Of a stretch of 20,000 bases of DNA, positions 16,006 through 20,000 are shown piece by piece. Origin of the DNA: an uncultured virus (IMG/VR IMGVR_UViG_3300032330_000565) (lineage: Duplodnaviria > Heunggongvirae > Uroviricota > Caudoviricetes); IMG/VR virus record IMGVR_UViG_3300032330_000565; one strand, given 5' to 3'. Position 1 is the stretch's first letter, and each line of letters opens with the position of its first letter. The translations under genes and the position numbers were made by a program. The notes beneath the pieces are model-generated. The model did not search any database. It saw only the letters and a program-made list of their open reading frames with translations, and had not been told where the DNA came from.

Positions 16006-19000
16006 ATGCCAGATAAACCACTAGACCCACAAGAATTAAGAGAAATAAGTGAAAGCCTAAGGTACCTGCGAGAGGGTATTGTTGAGACCTCTACCAGTAC
16101 CAAAAAATTCAGTGAGGGAATGACTGAGGCTGCAAAAGCTGAAGCAGAAGCGGCTGATATCATAAACAAAGCTAACAAGCGCATGGAGCAAGCGCAGAAC
16201 CAAGCTATAGCGGGCATGGCTAGTTTTGGCAAAGCATTAACAAGTGGTGCTGACGGAGGATTCAGTAAATTCAACGACGGGTTAATGTCTGGAGCTGGAG
16301 CAATATCTACTCTAGCTAAAAGTTTTGGACCATTGGGTGCAGTATTAGGAGGGATAGTAACTGTTGGTACTAAGCTGCTCACTTTGCAGATGAAGCAAGC
16401 AGATGATGCACTAAAAGCCAGTGATGAGATTAAGAAATTAGGTAACGCCGGGGCATTATCAACTCAACAAGTAACCGACATGGTTCATGCTTCTGGGTTG
16501 TCTTTAGAACAATCTAAGAAGTTTACAGATGCAATGAAACGCACTAGTGGCGGTTTAATAGCATTAGGTGATAAATTTGGTGATGGTGCTGTTAACTTTG
16601 GGAAGATGGTTGCTGTAACTGATGCGACTCGTGAAGCATTCCAAAGAATGGGCGTAAGCCAAGAAGAATTGATGAATCAACAAGCCGACTATGTTGCATT
16701 GCAAACAATGTCCGGTAAGTCATTATCTGCCCAAGCAAAAGATTCTGATGCATTAAAAAAGGCATCATTAGAATATTCACAAAACTTATTGCGCTTATCA
16801 GCGTTAACCGGTAAGAATGCTGATCAACTTCAAGAAGATCAAAAAGCAGCAATGCTAGAGTATGAAGAAGTAATAGCTACTCGTTTAGAAGATGATAAGA
16901 TACGCAAATTAAAAAAAGAAGGCAGAAATGATGAAGCGGCTGCATTGCAACAAGAGCAAGATGCTAGAAAAGAATACATTACTCAAGTAACTGCAACACT
17001 TGGTAAAGAAGCCGGATTACAAGTAGGAAAAGTAGCACGTACCGGTACATTTGATGCATCAACTGCTGGTTTAGCTAATTTAGGTATATCTGCGGATCAA
17101 GTTCAAAAAGGATTTAAAGGTAAAACCAAAGAACAAGCTAGAGAAGGTGCAGCAGAATTTACTGAATCTTTTAAAGGAAAACAAAGTGAAAAAATAGGTC
17201 AGTTTGGTACGGCATTACAATACGGAGGCGCAGAGTTAGGTAAACAATTAGGATTAGGGCAAGAATCTGTAACACGAACCGGGATGACTGCTGGAACAAG
17301 TGATGTTGATAGAAATAAATCAGCTACAGATTCAGTGAAAGGTGTTGTTGAGGGAGATAAAACAGCAGGCGGTAAAACAGCAGTCGATCCCGCAGAAAAA
17401 GCTAGAAACGCGGTAACTACTGCTACGATTAAAACTACAGTGGCGTTTGACGAAGCACTAGCAGCAACGAATCCATTACTTAAAGGTTTTGGGTTTAACT
17501 TAGGTACAGCTACTGCTGCACTGGGTGTATTTGCCGCAGCAGCCGTAGGAGCATTAACAGTCAAGTCAGTTGCCGGTTCAGCAGGTGGACTGAAAGATGG
17601 TATTAAAGGTGTGTTTGGTAAAGGTGCGTCAGCTTTACCTTCAACTGCCGCTTCTAGTGCTCCTAATATTAAAGGATTGCCAATACGTAATATGGCAGGA
17701 GCTGCGTCATCTGGGGTTAGTGGCATGGCAGGAGCAGCCGCACCAAGTGGTGCTGGTGGAAGCAAAGTAATGTCTATGATTGGCGATGCAGGCCCTGCAT
17801 TAGCTAAACTAGGAACAGGAGTGGGTGAAGGTGCTGCTGGCTTCTTGAAAGCATTTGCTAATCCATTGGTTCTTGTTGGTGCAACAACATTGGGTGCCTC
17901 AATCGCAGCAATGATTGCTACAATAGGCGCAGGCATTGCAGGTGCAAGTTGGATAATGGGAAAAACATTGCCAACATTAATGGAAGGCATTCAAAGTTTT
18001 GAAAAATTAGATGGTGCTAAACTAAAAGATGCCGGTGACGGTATGATTGGATTAGGCCAAGGATTGGCAGTATTTGGTGCAGGCGGAGCAGCAGCGGGCA
18101 TAGGTGGTATCATTGGCAATATGGCTGAGGGCTTAACTGCTTTCTTTGGTGGCAAAACACCAATCGATAAATTAGTTGAATTCTCTAAACTTGACATAGA
18201 TGGACCTAAAGTAAAATCAAATGCTGAAGCATTTAGTGCATTTAGCGCAGCATTTGCTATGGGAGGTGTAGGTCAAGCATCTGCTGCAATAGGTAATACA
18301 ATTGGAAACATTGGTGATGGTATAGGAAAACTATTTGGTCAAAAAGACATTATACAAAAATTTGTTGATTTTTCTAAACTTGATATTGACCCTAAAAAGA
18401 CAAAAGAAATGGCAGAAGCATTTGCTTCTTTCTCATCTGGGTTAAAAGGTGGCACAACCGCAGCACCAGCAGCATTAGTATCAAAACCAGCAGCACCAGC
18501 AGCAGCACCAGCAGCAGCACCAGCAGCAGCACCAGCAGCACCGGTAGGAGCTGCAGGATCCGGCACAAGATCAATGGCATCATCGGCAAAAACACCTGCG
18601 CAAGCAGGTTCAGTTGCAGAAGCAAAAGCTATTGGCGCAGCAAAACCAAGCGCACCGGTAACTAATGCTGGTGCAGGAAGAGGCAGTGCGGGTACATCGG
18701 CCGCAACAGGTGCTGCCGATTCGGGCGGGGCAGAAAAAACAGCAAGTGCTGGATCAACCCCTCCACCGGCAGCAGTAAAATCTTCAGGATCAACCGTATC
18801 TCTTAGTGAAAAAGATATTAAAGAGATGATTAAACGCCATGAAGGTGTTAGAAACAAACCGTATAAAGATAGTTTAGGTCTATGGACAGTTGGTGTGGGA
18901 CATTTGATTGGTGATGGAAAATCATTACCCGATGAGTGGAATAGAACATTTACCGATCAAGAAATAAATGATTTATACGATAAAGATTTTGAACATCATA

Positions 19001-19542
19001 AAAATGCTGCTGCATCAATACCCGGATATGATAAATTTAACTCTGCCGGTCAAGGAGCATTAACAGATTTAACTTTCAATATGGGACCAAGTTGGATTAA
19101 ACGATTCCCCTCTACAGCAAAAGCTATCGCAAAAGGCGACGGACCTGCATCAGCGGCGGGCTTACAAGATAGTAAATGGTATGGTCAAGTAGGAAGTCGT
19201 GCTCCGGAAGTGGTAGGATTAATGGCAGCGGGTGGTATTAGTGCTAAAGATGGTGGAATAACAGATGGTCCAGAATCTGGATACCCTGCTACACTTCATG
19301 GCAATGAAATTATAACTCCATTATCAGCTAATAGTATTTTAGAGCAATTAGGAAAAACTCCTGCTTCTTCAGTTGAAACAGCAAGTTCATCTTCATCATC
19401 TACTAGTGACACTATCAAAGAAATCTATTCAATGAACACAGATGTTATGGAAATGCTTGCTGAAAAATTGGATACTGTGATTGCAAAACTTAGTGATGGT
19501 AACGATACACAGTCAAAATTATTAATGTATTCTAAGGTTTAA
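16006..19542 (+). CDS. Tape-measure-like tail protein with a T4-type (GH24) lysozyme domain near the C-terminus
   Basis: 1178 aa with an Ala/Gly-rich helical composition and internal repeats (LVEFSKLDID...AEAFSAFS / FVDFSKLDID...AEAFASFS). The segment RHEGVRNKPYKDSLGLWTVGVGH has the E-x8-D-x5-T spacing of T4 lysozyme (Glu codon at 18841), followed by DLTFNMG and SKWYGQVGSRA. Confidence 0.8.
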   Translation: MPDKPLDPQELREISESLRYLREGIVETSTSTKKFSEGMTEAAKAEAEAADIINKANKRMEQAQNQAIAGMASFGKALTSGADGGFSKFNDGLMSGAGAISTLAKSFGPLGAVLGGIVTVGTKLLTLQMKQADDALKASDEIKKLGNAGALSTQQVTDMVHASGLSLEQSKKFTDAMKRTSGGLIALGDKFGDGAVNFGKMVAVTDATREAFQRMGVSQEELMNQQADYVALQTMSGKSLSAQAKDSDALKKASLEYSQNLLRLSALTGKNADQLQEDQKAAMLEYEEVIATRLEDDKIRKLKKEGRNDEAAALQQEQDARKEYITQVTATLGKEAGLQVGKVARTGTFDASTAGLANLGISADQVQKGFKGKTKEQAREGAAEFTESFKGKQSEKIGQFGTALQYGGAELGKQLGLGQESVTRTGMTAGTSDVDRNKSATDSVKGVVEGDKTAGGKTAVDPAEKARNAVTTATIKTTVAFDEALAATNPLLKGFGFNLGTATAALGVFAAAAVGALTVKSVAGSAGGLKDGIKGVFGKGASALPSTAASSAPNIKGLPIRNMAGAASSGVSGMAGAAAPSGAGGSKVMSMIGDAGPALAKLGTGVGEGAAGFLKAFANPLVLVGATTLGASIAAMIATIGAGIAGASWIMGKTLPTLMEGIQSFEKLDGAKLKDAGDGMIGLGQGLAVFGAGGAAAGIGGIIGNMAEGLTAFFGGKTPIDKLVEFSKLDIDGPKVKSNAEAFSAFSAAFAMGGVGQASAAIGNTIGNIGDGIGKLFGQKDIIQKFVDFSKLDIDPKKTKEMAEAFASFSSGLKGGTTAAPAALVSKPAAPAAAPAAAPAAAPAAPVGAAGSGTRSMASSAKTPAQAGSVAEAKAIGAAKPSAPVTNAGAGRGSAGTSAATGAADSGGAEKTASAGSTPPPAAVKSSGSTVSLSEKDIKEMIKRHEGVRNKPYKDSLGLWTVGVGHLIGDGKSLPDEWNRTFTDQEINDLYDKDFEHHKNAAASIPGYDKFNSAGQGALTDLTFNMGPSWIKRFPSTAKAIAKGDGPASAAGLQDSKWYGQVGSRAPEVVGLMAAGGISAKDGGITDGPESGYPATLHGNEIITPLSANSILEQLGKTPASSVETASSSSSSTSDTIKEIYSMNTDVMEMLAEKLDTVIAKLSDGNDTQSKLLMYSKV
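18487..18543 (+). repeat. Pro/Ala linker microsatellite (CCA/GCA codons, PAAPAAAPAAAPAAAPAAP)
   Basis: Three tandem CCAGCAGCAGCA units flanked by CCAGCAGCA units. Confidence 0.9.
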
Positions 19543-19543
19543 C

Positions 19544-19555
19544 ACTAAATACTAG
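19544..19555 (+). promoter_or_regulatory. Candidate late promoter ACTAAATACTAG upstream of the portal gene
   Basis: The identical 12-mer also occurs at 15946-15957, upstream of the tape-measure gene. Confidence 0.65.
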
Positions 19556-19563
19556 ATAATATT

Positions 19564-20000
19564 ATGACCTACAAAAAACGTTTTACGAATAAAAGTGGTA
19601 TTTCTAGCCCTATAGGTGGTGGAAATAGTAATTCTGGCGCCTGGAATGGCAGCGCAGGACAAAACGCTTCATCAACAGGTGGTTGGAATAACCACGAGAT
19701 GGGTTATAAAAACTACATGAGTAGACTTCCAGAAGTCTATACAGGTCATCCAAATCGCATTGAACGTTATAACCAATATGAAATGATGGACGTTGATGCT
19801 GAAATCAACGCATGTTTGGACATCATTAGTGAATTCAGTACACAGAAAAACGAACATAACGATACACCATTTAACTTAGCATTCACTGAGGATCCAACTC
19901 CTCACGAAGTAGAATTGCTTAAAACACAATTACAACAATGGTGTAAACTAAACGAATTTGGAACAAGAACATTCAAAATTTTCCGTAATACTATCAAGTA
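19564..20000 (+). CDS. gp20: Portal protein, T4 gp20-like (truncated by the window end)
   Basis: Manual translation gives MTYKKRFTNK...LPEVYTGHPNRIERYNQYEMMDVDAEINACLDIISEF...EFGTRTFKIFRNTIK. This resembles the gp20 N-terminal pattern Y-x2-M-x4-E(V/I)-x-A-x2-(D/E)I-x2-E. The frame is open to the window edge. Confidence 0.8.
   Translation, partial: MTYKKRFTNKSGISSPIGGGNSNSGAWNGSAGQNASSTGGWNNHEMGYKNYMSRLPEVYTGHPNRIERYNQYEMMDVDAEINACLDIISEFSTQKNEHNDTPFNLAFTEDPTPHEVELLKTQLQQWCKLNEFGTRTFKIFRNTIK

Noticed and set aside
17199..18857. Long antisense ORFs (263 aa, 172 aa and others) opposite the tape-measure gene
   Set aside because: These are shadow ORFs caused by GCA/GGT-rich codons, with no recognisable motifs. 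The same applies to the other short opposite-strand ORFs in the track.
1..20000. Stop-codon reassignment (alternative genetic code)
   Set aside because: Core genes are full length under the standard code and coding density is high.

Overview
This window comes from a large T4-like myophage genome and uses the standard genetic code. From left to right it holds: a minus-strand baseplate/tail block (truncated gp5/VgrG-like spike, 1013-aa hub-like protein, gp53-like wedge, 714-aa tube-initiator-like protein with acidic repeats); a plus-strand block (gp55-like late sigma factor, a 385-aa orphan enzyme, gp47/gp46 Mre11/Rad50-type nuclease, an SDR / radical SAM / SDR cassette, a PD-(D/E)XK resolvase); a ~500-nt non-coding interval; a minus-strand gp26-like gene plus a short gp51-like ORF; a tape-measure-like protein with a T4-type lysozyme domain near its C-terminus; and the start of the portal gene. 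Two signals stand out and neither appears in the ORF track. (1) The interval 14351-14810 is densely packed with hairpins, which suggests an unassigned large structured RNA followed by DNA-style GNA-triloop hairpins. (2) A textbook -1 frameshift signal (T TTT TTC, 6-nt spacer, stem-loop) would fuse the gp26-like and gp51-like ORFs, as in lambda gpG/gpGT. All family calls come from motif recognition by eye and all folding was done by hand; no searches were run.
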